64,000 nt of DNA from Podarcis erhardii. Lineage: Eukaryota. A program made the position numbers and the translations under genes. Below the pieces are notes generated by a model that saw only the letters and a program-made list of their open reading frames with translations, was not told where the DNA came from and did no database searches. The stretch lies in the NCBI GenBank assembly GCA_964252035.1, contig OZ176208.1. The stretch is one strand, 5' to 3'. The first letter of the stretch is position 1. Each line of letters starts with the position of its first letter. Positions 12,160 through 26,267 of this stretch are shown here, piece by piece.

Positions 12160-13879
12160 TTATAAGCAAAACTTTTAAAAAGTTAAAAGTAGAAGGGGGG
12201 AAAGGTCAGGTGATTTAGGGTCCACTGTGAAAGATCCAGGGCACCCCCTCAACAGTGCCCCTGATCTGTATAGCTGTATAGTCAGTATAGCTAAAACATG
12301 CTGCGTTCTCTTAGATCAGAAAGCACCCTAAATAGGGATCTATTTGCATTTAATTTACCTGTATATAAGCCTTGGGTGGCTCCAGCAAATGAAACAAGTT
12401 CAGCTCTTTCTCTTGGTGCAGAAGAGGGGCTGAGAGTATTTGATAAGGTCATCTGAGAAATCAGTGCTGGTGTTGCAAGTTGCACTCCTATTTATCCAGC
12501 ATACTTGCTTTGAACAGAAATACATGACCAAAAGCAGAATTAATCTTGATGAAAGGAAGTATTCATTTTAAACTCATATTTCTGAAGCAGGCAAAAACTC
12601 TGATGGGAGAGAGTAGGGAGAAAACCTTCCTATGTTAATTAATTAACTATAGGAAAAACCAAGATAATGCTTCAGAAGACAGAAGGCACAAGCCGCTGGG
12701 AAGCCATGAAGTGATTCAAACAATGTCATCTGGTTATCTTGAGATCAAAAAGTCAATTTTGTGAATAAGAGTTTGGAGTCAGTGGTGGTGGGGATGATTT
12801 AGGATGCAGAAGAGATTACTGGTGATTCGGAACAGATAAAATAAAGCACTTCACACAGTGCATACTTAATCTGAGGAATTTGCTCCCGCAAGATGTGGAG
12901 ATAGCTTTATCCTCCTTAAATTTGTGTAAACTAGAGACTATGTCCTAATGGCCATGTGAAACCCGCTAGTTGCTGTGAGCAAGCAAGAGCAGAAGGGTTT
13001 GGCCACCATGGAAAAGGATGCTGACTTAGGTGACTTAGGTGAGTCTTTGGTCCTAAGGTAGCCCAGGTATTTTTCCCTTTTCCACCAGTGGATTTAAAGT
13101 CTGCCTACAAATCTTCTACTTTCACTCTTTGCATCTTCAGAATCATGATGGGCACTGTGTCAAAGGAGGGAGGAAGCACAAGTTGATCCATTTTAAAATA
13201 AAAGAACATCAGCATCTGTCAGTGGGGATTTATAAGCAGGCCTAACAGGTAAACAAAATGTACTTTGAAAGATAATGCTATTTAACTGTGATCCTGTGCA
13301 GGCTGTTTCTGGAGAGTCTGTAATCGGCAACATCCCATCTAAACAAAATGTTATCTTTGTTTACTATACTTATCTTGTTCGTTAATTGATCCAGTGTTGA
13401 GTGTCTCAGTGAACAACACTCCAATTAAAGCCTTTTACCTATAATTTGTTTAGCTCAGATTAAGACGCAAAAGACAGCTGGGGAAAGCAGCACCAGAACT
13501 CAATGCTGTGCATCCTGCTGATGTCAGGAGATTCATTACCAAAGCATTTGTTGCATGGTAATTTTGCAGAGCATCAGATTATTTGCCCATTTCAATTACT
13601 TACACATCCAAAAAAATGTTATGTGAATTGAGCATAAGGAAATAAATAAAATAAAATAAAGGGGTGGGGGTGGGGAGAGACACCTCAAATACAGTAACTA
13701 TAACAGTTCCAGTATTCCTTGATGCAAAACTCTTCACAAGCAGATCAAAGTGCTTTGGAATAAAACAATACCCCTTCTTCAGGAGCTTCAGAAATTCTTA
13801 AAATTAAAAATGCCTTGTTCTTAAAATATAAGCAACTCAAGAACCAGCTTGAAAAGGTTGTAGAGGAATTTTTTATTAA

Positions 13880-14225
13880 CGCTATGGTGTAAACCACAGA
13901 GCCTTGGGCTTGCCGATTGGAAGGTCTGCAGTTTGAATCCCAGCAATGGGGTGAGCTCCCATTGCTCTGTCCCAGCTCCTGCCAACCTAGCAGTTTCAAA
14001 GTGCAAGTAGATAAAAAGGTACCGCTCTGGAGGGAAGGTAAATGGCGTTTCCACGCACTGCTCTGGTTTCACCAGAAGCAGCTTAGTCATGCTGGCCACA
14101 TGACCCGGAAAAACTGTCTGCGGACAAATGCTGGCTCCCTCGGCCAGTAAAGCGAGATGAGCGCTGCAACCCCAGAGTCGTCCACGACTGGACCTAACTG
14201 TCAGGGGTCCTTTATCTTTACCTTT
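13880..14225 (+). mobile_element. Sauria SINE (older subfamily), 5' end eroded
   Basis: SINE core plus GGGGTCCTTTATCTTTACCTTT tail. Confidence 0.88.
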
Positions 14226-14499
14226 AAGATGATATTACCATTACAATTCAAGCACCTGAAGGGGCGTTCTACTCCAAAATGTGTTGAGCTACTCTGAAGA
14301 GTTTTCTATCCGTGAGTGAAACTATGGAATTAAATTGGGAATAAGTGAGCAAAACCATTCCCTACGAAGCCTGTGCTCTTTTTCATAGGAACCAACTCCT
14401 GGACCTAGAGGCTGAGGGGTCTTTTCAACCTCCCCAATAAAATATTTGAGGGGGCTGCCCCCCCCGTTGATTACCATTGCTATTCAAATGGTGTGTGTG

Positions 14500-14612
14500 C
14501 ACTGTGACACCAAACTGGGGGGGGGGGTAGCTAATGCAGCAGAAGACAGCATCAGGATTCAAGATGACCTTAACAGATTGGAAAACTGGGCCCAAACTAA
14601 CAAAATGAATTT
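14500..14612 (+). mobile_element. CR1 RT fragment
   Basis: Translates as DTKLGGGVANAAEDSIRIQDDLNRLENWAQTNKMNFN, a typical CR1 ORF2 segment after the FADD motif. Confidence 0.8.
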
Positions 14613-17600
14613 CAATAGCAGCAAACTTCTTCAGCTGGTAGAATCCTCCTACACAAGCAGCCAAGGTAAGGGCAAGCTATTAGGGGGAAACAACAGCCAG
14701 GGAGGGATTCCATAAATTGAGGGCCCTGGAGCATCTGGTGCCTTCACCATACAGATTTTGGTAAATGCTGAAGATGCATCTCTTTTACCCTGAAATGTGT
14801 GTTTTCGAGACCTGTCCATTTTCTGTGAGTGTAATTTGTTTTAACTCTTTTTAGTACTGAATTTTAATAGTTGCAATCCACTCTGGGGTCTGCGCTGGTA
14901 AAGGGCAGGTAATTAATAATACTAAAGGTGATTAATAATAATAAATCCAGTTATGATGCCATACAGAAGAAAAAAAGGCATGGCTTTTAAAGTTGGTTGC
15001 CTTTTACGCCTGCTGTTAAGCCTGATAGTCATTGAAACCTTAAGTTTTGTCTGTGCTTGGACCGACCACTGCACGTCTATAGTGTGACAATCTCACATGG
15101 TAAGTCACATCAGAGAAAATATTTCTATCTCACAAAATGGTTGTGCAAAAACTTGTAAGTTTTTAGGTGTTTGTTGTTGTGATGCTGGAAATTTATAAGG
15201 GGACAGAAATGTCCCTCTTTGTGACTGTTTTGCCTGTAACCTAGAACTGATAAAACCTGTCTGTCTGGTAGGATCAAGATGATGCTGTATCTAAAGGTAT
15301 AATTACTTAAACAAGGTTAGAACAGAGTCCCAAAAATAATTTAAATTCATTTCTCAATTGCATTTACATTCTCTTTTCAAACATCCTCTTAGGAAAATGG
15401 TCCCTAAACTACACGCTTAGAGAAATAGACACACACCCTTTAACTGTTCTTGTTATTGTTTGTGACTCCTTATTATCCACACCCAGGAATTCTTTGGGTC
15501 TCATTAATACGAAAGACAGCCTTCTTTAGCCCCTGTCTTTTAAAACTGTCAGATAATTACACAGTTGGCTTTAGAGTTTAACTTGTCAAAGGAGTTTTCA
15601 TTACTTTGTTCCTTTTGGGCAACCTGCCCTATTGTGTTCCTGGAACACTAAACAGAACCTATATTAACTGTCAGTTAATTATACACCATTTTTTCCTTCA
15701 GCTTTTACCAGTCAAAGGGGCAGGTAGGCTGCAATCCTATCATCTCAATCACTGTCTTTTGCCACAAAAGAATCAATAAAGATGAGTCACATAGTGTCAC
15801 CTAGCGTCTGATACTCAAAGCCACCCATTCCTAATTGCCTTTAGAGATGAATGATAATGAAAACTTTGAAGTGATAATCAGTCTAATGAGTGGTCTTGCT
15901 GAGAGGGCAGATCATGTGTCAGTAGAGTTTGCAGATGCTTAAAGGCAAACAAAGCCCACTTTCCTTTTAGAGCTGAGAAGACCCTGACGAGTCTGGTACC
16001 CAGAGGCCTGCACAATGACAGAGACTGGCTCTCAGCGGGATGCTGAAGCCTGCGGATCACAACTGACTCCATCCATCTTGCTCTTTGCCTTTTAATCAAC
16101 CCAGTCAGAGTGAACTCTCTTGGATCTTGTAGCGTAAGTCTATAGTCGTGGCTTAACACGGGTTGTTTGGATCAGAACGAGAAGCATGGCAACACATTCC
16201 TTCTCTCTGGAAAATGTTTGATTTAAGCAGTGGCGGAAACTTCATGGGCAACGTTTGGGAAGCCTAGCTAACAGTTGTGGCCTTAAATGCAGGAGAGCAG
16301 GGCAGCTACGTGACAATAGAGAGACAATAAAAGGTCGTTCAAACAGCAGTGAAAACCAACATCAGCACAAAAAACAAAGGCGGTGTTTGGTTTGCTAATA
16401 AGAGGCTGAGGGGCTTTGTGTCACAATGCCTGAAATGTGTCTTCATTGCCGTGGGTCATATATTTCTTTTTCATTTTCTTCTGTTTATGAATGGAAAGAT
16501 AGGAAGTTTGAGAAGGCTGCTTCTAAAAGTTTGAAGTAAGACTATAAAAAGAACAATGAAAATATTTGGAAGTGTTGAAAACAGATTGCAAGTTCCTTTA
16601 CCTTGGGATGCTCTTTAGTAAGAGAGGAAACTAGTTCAATTTCTGTCTTAGTTGCCAAAACATATTGGGATAGTCTTGGACTTTAAGTCAACAATTCATC
16701 ATGAACTAAAGTAATAAGAAGTTTTAAAAGCAACTCTATTCAAAGAAAAGTCCTACTGAGTTTAATGGGATTCGCTTCCCATGATTTCAGACTAACACTT
16801 ACACAGGCTCACTGCTTTGAGGCACTTTTTTGTCCAGTTCCATGTGGAACCCATTCTTGGTAATGGCTTCCCCATTTATGTATTAGGAAAAGGAATGTCA
16901 CATATATTATTTCGTATGGTTTTCTGCTCAGCCTTCAAACTGACTGACAGTGTAAACACCCCTGAATTTCTTTAGCTGCAGTGATGAAACCAGTGGTGTC
17001 ATCGCCAGAGGCTTTCTGGAGAAAGTCCATTTGAGCCATAATATCAATGTTTGGCTGATGGGATTAATCAGTTCATGTTAACACAGTGATTATCATAAAG
17101 TAAAGGGGGAACATTTCAAAAGAATAATCCAGTCTGAGAAAGTGAAGCAAAATCATTTGTGCTTCCAGAGAGGTCATGGTTGAATTATCACAAAACTCTC
17201 TTTATTCAAAGCAGATGCTTATTATGATAAATTTAGTGTGAAAAGTGAAGCAAAATGCATATAAAAGACATTGTCTCCTCGATTATGTAATAAGAAACCA
17301 CCTCATTATATATCCACCAAAGATGATTGTATTTTCCTAGGGGCTGTATAACTACAGCCTGCCAAAAGCCTCTCACAGTCCTCTTCCAATATTTTACATG
17401 AAATAGCATACTTCTGAGAATAAAGCCAAATGACCAGTAACAGAAGAATCTAAAATAAACATCATTTTAAAGACGCAAAAGGCATTTCTTACTGTCTCCA
17501 TCATGTATATTCTTCCTAATAAGAAACGTTATTGTTAATATACATTCATGAAGACATGTTCGTTTTGCTTTCTGTTCTTGAGACTATAAAGCACATAGCA

Positions 17601-18235
17601 GCCAGCCGAGAGCATTTCCTTGTGCATTTATAAAACGCCTGCAATCCTATCAATGCGATGCATTTTAGAAGCGCTATTAATGCAGCCCCCCTTAGCTTCT
17701 TCTGCAGGCCAGAACTGAACCTTCTGAAAGGCTCCTGGCTGCCACCAAAAACAGCAGCCTTATTGTGCAGCAATACAAAACATATGACATGGTGCTGTTG
17801 CGCTGAGAATCTCTCCCCACCCCCAAAAGAGGCAGCCAATGAAGAGGAGTGCCCTGCCCGAAAAGCGCATCAGATGTTTCATATTATGTATGGGAGAAAG
17901 GAGAATCTGCAGTGATCTTTGCAGTGGCAGTACCACGTCCTAAGCCCTAGTTCCAACCTTCAGCTGCACAACTATTTGTAAAAAGAAGTTTTACAGCCAT
18001 TTTACTTTCCTTTGAGAAATAGTTCAGTAAATACCTGCCATTACCAGGAGGCTCAGCTTCTTGGGCTCTCCTGCAGGTTTGCAAAAGAGTGCCTGCTTGG
18101 TTTTGGGTTGGGGTTTTTTTTGGTTTTAATGTTTACTTGCTTTTTGTTTTAGCGCCCTCCAGTGTCCCCGCAGGTGTACTGATGATTTCTTTTCTGCTTT
18201 GTTCAATTAATTTGAAGATCAGCAGTAGAGAGCAT

Positions 18236-18264
<29 letters not shown>
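18236..18264. repeat. (CA)14 microsatellite
   Basis: Perfect dinucleotide run. Confidence 0.97.
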
Positions 18265-18266
<2 letters not shown>

Positions 18267-21200
18267 CTGTATGACTTGCAAACTTTTGTAAGAATCCTGG
18301 AAAGAAAGTGAAGGCCGGATCCGCCAGAAAGTTCTGTTGCACAGGGAAAGAGCACAGGAGGAAGGCGAAGATGCGGGAGCCGGGAGGGTCCACTTCTCAG
18401 GTAAGCAATGTGGAAATTTGTCAGAAGAAAGTTGCGGCAGGGGTGGCATGGTGGCGGAGATTTCTCTGGTGCTGTGATAATCCCCTGAATAATTTTATAT
18501 GGGGTTTAATTTTCTGATATTAAAAAAGAAAAACGCAGAAGGTTGATTTTCTTCCCCACCATTGCAGGAAATTTGCACCCTCAAGAAGCTGAGATTTTCA
18601 CAGGCTGCTAAGAACTTTTTGGTTCATTGGATGTTTATGCGTAGGATTTCTTCTCAAATGTTGCTGATATAAAGAAGCCCAGGCTGTGATAAACTGATGG
18701 CTGAAGAGGACTTGAAGTTCCTGAGAAGGCAAAGGTGGCCATCATTTTAACAGTTGTACTTATTTTTGAGTGTATTGATTTAACTCCTGCATAAAATATG
18801 GTATAAGCAAAGAACAGAAGGGGAAAGATTTGAATATTTACTGTGTAATTGTATCATACTAACTAAGGATATGTATGCAATATTTTATTTGTATGGGACA
18901 AACAGGAATAAAGCTTACTTCCATCCCCTAATCTTGTAGCACCTGAAGGCAAACAAATTTATTATAGCATAAGCTTTTGTGGAATACTAAGGTAGATTTC
19001 TCTGGATGCACATAGCGAGTGGACATGCTTTAAAATGTGCTGTAAGATACAGCGTTGTGGCCATATGAGTAACCTACATATGAATTTTAGGATCCTGTTG
19101 CTTCAGTACAAATAGGGAGAAACTGGTCCTTGTGACAGCTTGAACAGAAATAGATGAACTCATGGCAGTTACATCCTATGGTTAAGCATTTGAGTTAACA
19201 GGAGTAAAACTCATTCCTGATCCAGCCTTTGTGATCAACAACTTCTCTCAGTTTGCATTGCATCAAAAGGATTCTAAAATTCAGATATTATCTGTTAGCA
19301 ACGTCTCCACAGTAAGTATGGGAAGCTGGTGAGTTTATTTATTCTGAACAAAAAATTGAGATATAAGCAAATATTATTCCTGTTTTTAACACAGATCATA
19401 GGTTTGAGAGACTGCTTCTATTTTAGAATAAATGTTTCTGTGATAATTCTACCCCTGCTAATAGTCTTCCTTTTTAGTTGCAACACCAGACATTAGAGCA
19501 AATGTAATATCAGCTAGGGGAGACTAAGACTGCATTGATTGATATGTAAAACTCAAATTAAAATTTTGATTATTTTATCCAGAAAAGCCAACACTTGTAA
19601 ATGTGTACCACCACTGCCCTCATCACCACCATCATCCCACCACGATTTATCACAGATTTTGCTGGTGTCTACAGTGATCAAAAGGATTGCAAAACATGTA
19701 TGAGGAGAGATAGCAGCGGGATAAAAAAAAGTATTGTTTCTCAATTCTCTTCATACTTAGAGCAGACAGATGGCTCCCTCCCTCCCGGCCCACATTTCAC
19801 TTTGGAAGTCTTCTGTGGCTTGACTGCACCTGGTATTCTAGGCAACCAGTCTTCTCAATAATCAGATACATTTCATAATAAATTTTGTAATCTGCTTATG
19901 CAGTTTTCTCTTGCTAAAACTTTCCATTATTCATTGTGGTGTTTACCACTTCAGACAATCCATGCTCTGGTATGACAATACTCATTAAACCCCTCGTGCT
20001 AATGACATAAAAACGTGGTTCCTGGTATCACTGTATCCATCTATTTTCAGTTGGAAGGATATTTGAAACTGGACAATTGGACGGTATCGTCTTCTGCATT
20101 TTAAAATAAGTAAGGACAAGGAAAAGGGTTTTTCTTGATATAAGCATTTCCGTGCAGCCAAATGCACACTGGAATGTGCACGGAAGTACAATTTCCACCG
20201 AAAGCCCTTCCTTGAGTTCTTAAAGTGCAGAACAGTTTCAAATGTGAATGATTTTTCCAGATTAAATTACAGGTAACAGCAGGATATCTTTTGGGGGAAA
20301 GTAAAACAGCATTATTATTATTTTTTTAAAAAACCATGCAATCTTATGATAATAATGGAAAGACTCCCTTATGGTAATACTTGTTAATACTTTTAATACG
20401 TTTCTTTATATGCTTGCATATGATTAGTTTCATGAATATGTGACAGAAACGGAAAGCTATAGTCTGAGGAAATTGAGTGTTTAAAGCAAACTTTAGGAAT
20501 TCTGGAAATCTGAGGTAGAAGAATACGAAAGCAAATGCCTTGAAACTACTCCATGACAGGACAAAGTAAACGGAAGTGTTAAATCTGGAGAGGGGCTGGA
20601 AAGAGGTGGGGAACCGAGGAGAAAGGAAATGTACAGCACAACTGTGTGCATGTTTACTTGGAAATAAGTCCCCCTCTTCAACAGGACTTACTCCCAGAAA
20701 AGCATGATAGGAGTGAGCTAGACCCGTTTTTAGAGCTGCAATCCTAAACTAGGTCTGCATACATTACGATTTACCAAGCCAAATACAGCCCGCTAGTTGT
20801 GCATTGTGCCTGACAACTGTTTCTGCAATCCCAGGCAACTCTCGTCAGGCCATCACACATAGTTTGCGAGCCATGTTTAACTTGGTGGGTCACACGTTTG
20901 CAGGCTTGATATAGTGCTGAAAATCTACAAGAAAAAGAATATGAAAGTTTTTTTAAAAGATTTAAAAAACCAAAAAAAAGCAAAGTACATATCTGTGCTG
21001 CATTAATTGTAAGGGGAAGTAGCTCAAACATTATGTTTTTATTTATTCAAACTGGTAAGAATAAATTCAAAAGGCTGAGTTTTATCCCCTAATCAAAATG
21101 CATTTTTGCAGTTATCCTCCACCCACATGAAGTTATCTCCTGCTGAATACAGTTTTGCCTCCCTTTTGATCTCTCCCTCCTGTTCGTTTCATCACCACTA

Positions 21201-21437
21201 GTACTTATAATTGACCTGTGCACAATTTAACACTCTTGCCTGTATCTCTGCTGCCACATTTGATTTTTTAATGTTGCTTTTGACCTATTATTAAGTTTGC
21301 CTCTTACTTCTATCACAGTCATCACTGCAAAAGGCCACGTGTTAATAATTAAAGTTGGGGGACAAGGCAAAACAAAAAAATTACATGAAATGTACAAATA
21401 AAGTCATTTGGCTCTTTAGGAGAGAATGTGCTGTATG

Positions 21438-21678
21438 TAGGCTTGGCATACGTCAGGAAAATTCCTGACATATCTGTTATCGGGTGTAAAAATGGCATCA
21501 AGGAATTTTGCCGAATTGGCAAAATGTCAGGGAAAACCCATATGTATGGCAACGTGATGGAAAAGCAGTGGAAACAGCTCAAAAAGCTTAAAATCAAAAA
21601 GCTTAGGTTTCACCCCAAAAAAGCTTAACAATTTTGGTGGGTATCAAGAATTTTACTTTTTGAAATATGGCAACCCTA
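21438..21678. mobile_element. hAT MITE (TAGGGTTGCCA-type termini)
   Basis: Termini TAGGCTTGGCATA / TATGGCAACCCTA. TSD GCTGTATG / GGTGTATG (7 of 8 match). Confidence 0.75.
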
Positions 21679-23212
21679 GGTGTATGTTTTGGTAACACCC
21701 CCACTGTTTTGCTAGCAAGTTCAATCTCTGTATTGGGGAAAGAAGACTGATTTTTTAAAAATGCATCCCTCCGCCCAATCTTGGTCGTTCTAGTGAGGTT
21801 GCCAAAATTTAGAGTAGCTGTAATTACATTTTCTATTGATGTTTAACTTACTTTTACTCTTGGAAACTGACATCCTTAGTTGATTTTTATTCAGACAAAG
21901 TTTTCCCTGAAGGAATATGGAGAACATACACATAAAAGAGTTTGGCCTTTGAACACTTTTTCGTTTTCCACATTAAAAGTTAAAAATATAAAACGTCCAT
22001 GATCACTGAAAGCAGTAGAGGCGGCAGTATACATTGGCCACTGTTGACTGAACAAAGCCAACCCAAACTTCACCTTCTAATGCAATTAGAAGACTATGAT
22101 TGCTATATTGCTAAAGCTAAGTATATCGCCATCTATTCCCTCCTGCCTGCCCAGGGGCGACGCAGCCCATTTTGTCACTGTAGTTGGAATTCCAAAGCCC
22201 CTTGCCCCCCACACCAAAGCCTTCCTTACCTGGTTTGTGCAGCAGTGCCTGCAAAGTGGTGGTGCCTGCAAGTTCCAGCAAGATCTCATGTAGTGTATGA
22301 GATCTCACAAGATTTTGGTGAAATGTCGGTGGACGCCACTGCTGCTGTTTCTCTGCCAGTGCTAGAGGAGGCAGAGCCCCCAAATCTTTGTGTTCCTCTG
22401 CCTGAAGCTGCTGCCTGAGTCTGCCTCATGGGCAGCCTGACCCTATGGCTGCCCCATGTGGGCTGCCCAAAAGAAACTTTAAACATTAAGAACTGCATCA
22501 TGCCTAGCTCTGGAATAATGATGCCAAAATGCATTGCTCTGCTTTCCTTTGAACCACATAGCAACGGGGGGGGGGGGTTGTCTAGGCAGCCCAGGACCTC
22601 CACGCACACTGCCTAGGCTTCTGCTCCTAATACAGCAAAAACAATGGGGGAGACAGCAGTTAGGTCTCTGCAGCCACAGAAGGCGCTGTGATTCTCCAGT
22701 CCTCCCAGAGGGGCACTCCATTGCCTCTTGAGACAGATGGATGCCACCAACCACCAACAAAATTCCCTGCACTTCACCTGAGGGTCCCAGGGCATGAAGT
22801 CTTCTCCCCGCCACGCGGCGTCTTTCTGAGAAATCACATTAATTTCTTCTTAAGCAATGTATTTAAAACAAGATGTTGTTATTCTTGGGTGTGTGAGTTG
22901 GCATGTATAGGTTTGGGCAGTGGGCTGGATAATGATAAAGCAAAATAATTAGTGCCAGTTCTATTCGTTTCGGACACCCTCAAGGGATGAGGCAACTGCT
23001 TTGGCTCGGCTGCCAATGGGCTCCTCCTCTCTCTGAATGATCTTTCAGCAGCAGCTCTTCCCCCAGGCTGCAGCGGAAGGAGATGCCCCAGAGCTGCTAA
23101 CTCAATTGGCTGCTGTCCTTTAACTATCATCTTTTAGCTGCCATTCCACCTGGATGCAGACAGGAACTGGGAGTCAGCACTCACTCCATCAGCTTTGGTT
23201 CAGCTTCCATGT

Positions 23213-23544
23213 GGCCCCTGACCGTTAGGTCCCGTCGTGGACGACTCTGGGGTTGCGGTGCTCATCTCGCTTAACTAGCCAAGGGAGCCGGCGTACAGCT
23301 TCCGGGTTGTGTGGCCAGCAGGACTAAGCCGCTTCTGGCAAACCAGAGCAGCGGATGGAAATGCCATTTCCCTTCCCGCTGGAGCGGTACCTATTTATCT
23401 ACCTGCACTTGGACGTGCTTTCGAACTGCTAGGTTGGCAGGAGCAGGGACAGAGCAACAGGAGCTCACCCCGTCGTGGGGATTTGAACCGTTGACCTTCT
23501 GATCGGCAAGCCCTAGGCTCTGTGGTTTAACCCACAGCGCCACC
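23213..23544 (-). mobile_element. Sauria SINE (older subfamily), tail missing
   Basis: Reverse complement of the SINE body from the head (GGTGGCGCTGTGGGTTAAACC) to ...GTCAGGGGCC. Confidence 0.88.
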
Positions 23545-23714
23545 AACGTTATTATGTTATTACGCATCTTTAAAAACCACTTCGTAACTTTTATTGGTGT
23601 CTGGATCTCCTTGTTTTTCTCTTCCCTCCCCTTCTCCTTTCCCTTTTGTGCCACACCTTTTAGATTGTGTGGAAGGAATGTGTTTCTGATCAGCGTTCAG
23701 TGCGACTCTTTTAG

Positions 23715-24075
23715 GTAAAGGTACCCCTGCCCGTACGGGCCAGTCTTGACAGACTCTAGGGTTGTGCGCTCATCTCACTCTAGAGGCCGGGAGCCAGCGC
23801 TGTCCGCAGACACTTCCGGGTCACGTGGCCAGAGTGACGAAGCTTCTCCGGCGAACCGACACCAGAGCAGCATACGAAAACGCCGTTTACCTTCCCGCTA
23901 TAAAGTGGTACCTATTTATCTACTTCCACTTAGGGGTGCTTTCAAACTGCTAGGTGGGCAGGAGCTGGGACCGAACGACAGGAGCTCACCCCGCCGCGGG
24001 GATTCGAACCGCCGACCATGCGATCGGCAAGCCCTAGGCGCTGAGATTTTACCCACAGCGCCATCCGCGTCCCTC
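23715..24075 (-). mobile_element. Sauria SINE, full length (young subfamily)
   Basis: Reverse complement of the full SINE. 13-bp TSD GC(G/A)ACTCTTTTAG (23702-23714, 24076-24088). Confidence 0.95.
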
Positions 24076-24120
24076 GCAACTCTTTTAGCACTTGGTAAAT
24101 TTTAGGAACTTTATAGATTA

Positions 24121-24362
24121 CAGTGGTACCTCGGGTTACATACGCTTCAGGTTACATACACTTCAGGTTATAGACTCTGCTGTCCCAGAAATAGTACCTC
24201 GGGTTAAGAACTTTGCTTCAGGATGAGAACAGAAATTGTGCTTTGGCGGCACGGCGGCAGCAGGAGGCCCCATTAGCTTAAGTGGTGCTTCAGGTTAAGA
24301 ACATTTTCAGGTTAAGAACGGACCTCCGGAACGAATTAAGTACTTAACCTGAGGTACCACTG
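24121..24362. mobile_element. Tc1/mariner MITE, family A
   Basis: TA|CAGTGGTACCTC...GAGGTACCACTG|TA with iterated CAGGTTAAGAAC / CAGGTTACA motifs. Confidence 0.93.
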
Positions 24363-25973
24363 TAATCATTATCGTCATATGCATGTTCTATTTACCACAT
24401 AAAAACAAGGGGCACAGCCTTCTGCAAGGATCTTTTGTGCAAACCTCCTTGGTATAAAGAGGGGTTCTCAAAAACTCCTCTGAAACTTCCTAGAGCTCTT
24501 GTGCAGTTCACATTTGTTCCAGTGAGGAGATGGCGGATCATGTCCCCGATACTGACTACTAAGGTAACAGAATATCTTCTTTCCTGCATGCTCTGCACAT
24601 ATTTTCAGGGAGCTTGATTAGCACAAAGTTTGCCAATTTCCCCCAAATTTAAGTGGGATTTCTTTTTCACTTTCATAAAGTTGCTGAGTTTATTTTGAAT
24701 GGGGGCCAATGAATGTGTCTGATACTGCTTAGTCAAACAACCCAACAATTTCCAAATATGGCTTCTTTTGTTGACATGCCTTGATTACGAGTAAGTGGTA
24801 TAAGCAAACTGCCTCAAAAAGAAGTTTTCAGCATTAGAATTCAACACATGTGAGCTGTTGTTCTTCCCATGCCAGGAAAGTATGGAACAAATAAAATATA
24901 CTGAATATAACTTTATTACAGAATCAAGCCAAATTGTGCCTGTCCCAGCAAGAATTTACAAAAGCAAAGCAGCTTCAGCTGGTCTGAGTCATGACTTTCG
25001 TGCATCTGGGGTTGTCACTACAATATTGTAGCATGTTTCTCTGGGGATACTTCTACCTGCAGTGCTTTGAGGGAAAGAATGTAGTTCATTGTGTGTATAT
25101 GCGTGTTGTAGAAATATAGACCAAACTAAAAATCTCGAATTTCAAGGGGAGGCTTTTTTTATAGCCATTATAAAAGAAGCCATAGTATATACTCCTAGAG
25201 TCTCTCTTCTCAAAACTAAGCTTTAAACCTTCACATCAAGGTACCTGTGGAAGTGCAAATCACATCTAAATGCAGTTACTGTACACAGGAAACCAAGATC
25301 AAGTTCAAACGCATCTGGGCACAAGTTTGAAAAAGCACTTTTTAAAGCAGTTACAGTCTTCAAAGCTATCTCTCTCTCTCTTTGGGAGGAGGGGATCTGA
25401 AAGTATTATGTACCTAATAAGGTGGACCAGTTCAGTCATCTCCTCTAAGCTTTTAAAAAAAATATCTATAGAGAAGCCTTTCTTCCTTTGGGCCAGAAAT
25501 CAAGACAGGATTTTGCCACTGTATTGTCTATCATTATAATCTAAAAGTGCTGGTACTGCTGTAGTATTCTGGCTACAAACTTTTAAAACTACATATATTT
25601 TCAGGAAATTAATGTGTACAGTATGATCTTCCATGATACCTGAGTACAAGTTGTCTACTTGGATGAATATTAAAATTTTCCAAAATCCTGAAAGCATTGT
25701 TCCTGACTTCATTTTGCAATAAACATGTGGTAATGGCCGTTTTCATTATGGCTAAACATGAATGCAAAAGTGTGCAGGTATTCACAGCTTTGCTTCTCTT
25801 CCAGTCCTACTGCTTTCAGCTACATCAAGATTTTGATCAATCTTGTGTCAAAACCTGGAGTTGTACTTTCTCTCTCTTGTCTCTCTCTGTGAGTGGTAAG
25901 CTAAGGATGAACCTTGACTACAGCTCATGACTTGTCTGGAGCAAAACAATGAGCCTGACTACAGCCGTAGGCA

Positions 25974-26267
25974 AAAGGTAAAGGACCCATGGATAGTTAA
26001 GTCCAGTCAAAGGTGACTATGGGGTTGGGGCGCTCATCTTGCTTTCAGGCCGAGGGAGCCAGTGTTTGTCCACAGACAGCTTTCCAGGTCATGTGGCCAG
26101 CAGGACTAAACTGCTTCTGGCGCAACTGGACACCATGACGGAAACCAGAGTGCACGGAAACGCCACAGCAGTACCAATTTATCTACTTGCACTGGCATGC
26201 TTTCAAACTGCTAGGTTGGCAGGAGCAGGGACAGAGCGATGGGAGCTCACCCTGTCATGGGGATTCG
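25974..26267 (-). mobile_element. Sauria SINE (older subfamily), 5'-truncated
   Basis: AAAGGTAAAGG tail (reverse complement) and SINE body, breaking off within the B-box region. Confidence 0.88.

Noticed and set aside
19251-19328. Possible small exon with acceptor TTCTCTCAG and donors GTAAGT/GTGAGT
   Set aside because: Splice-like motifs of this strength occur by chance, and there is no coding signal or partner exon.
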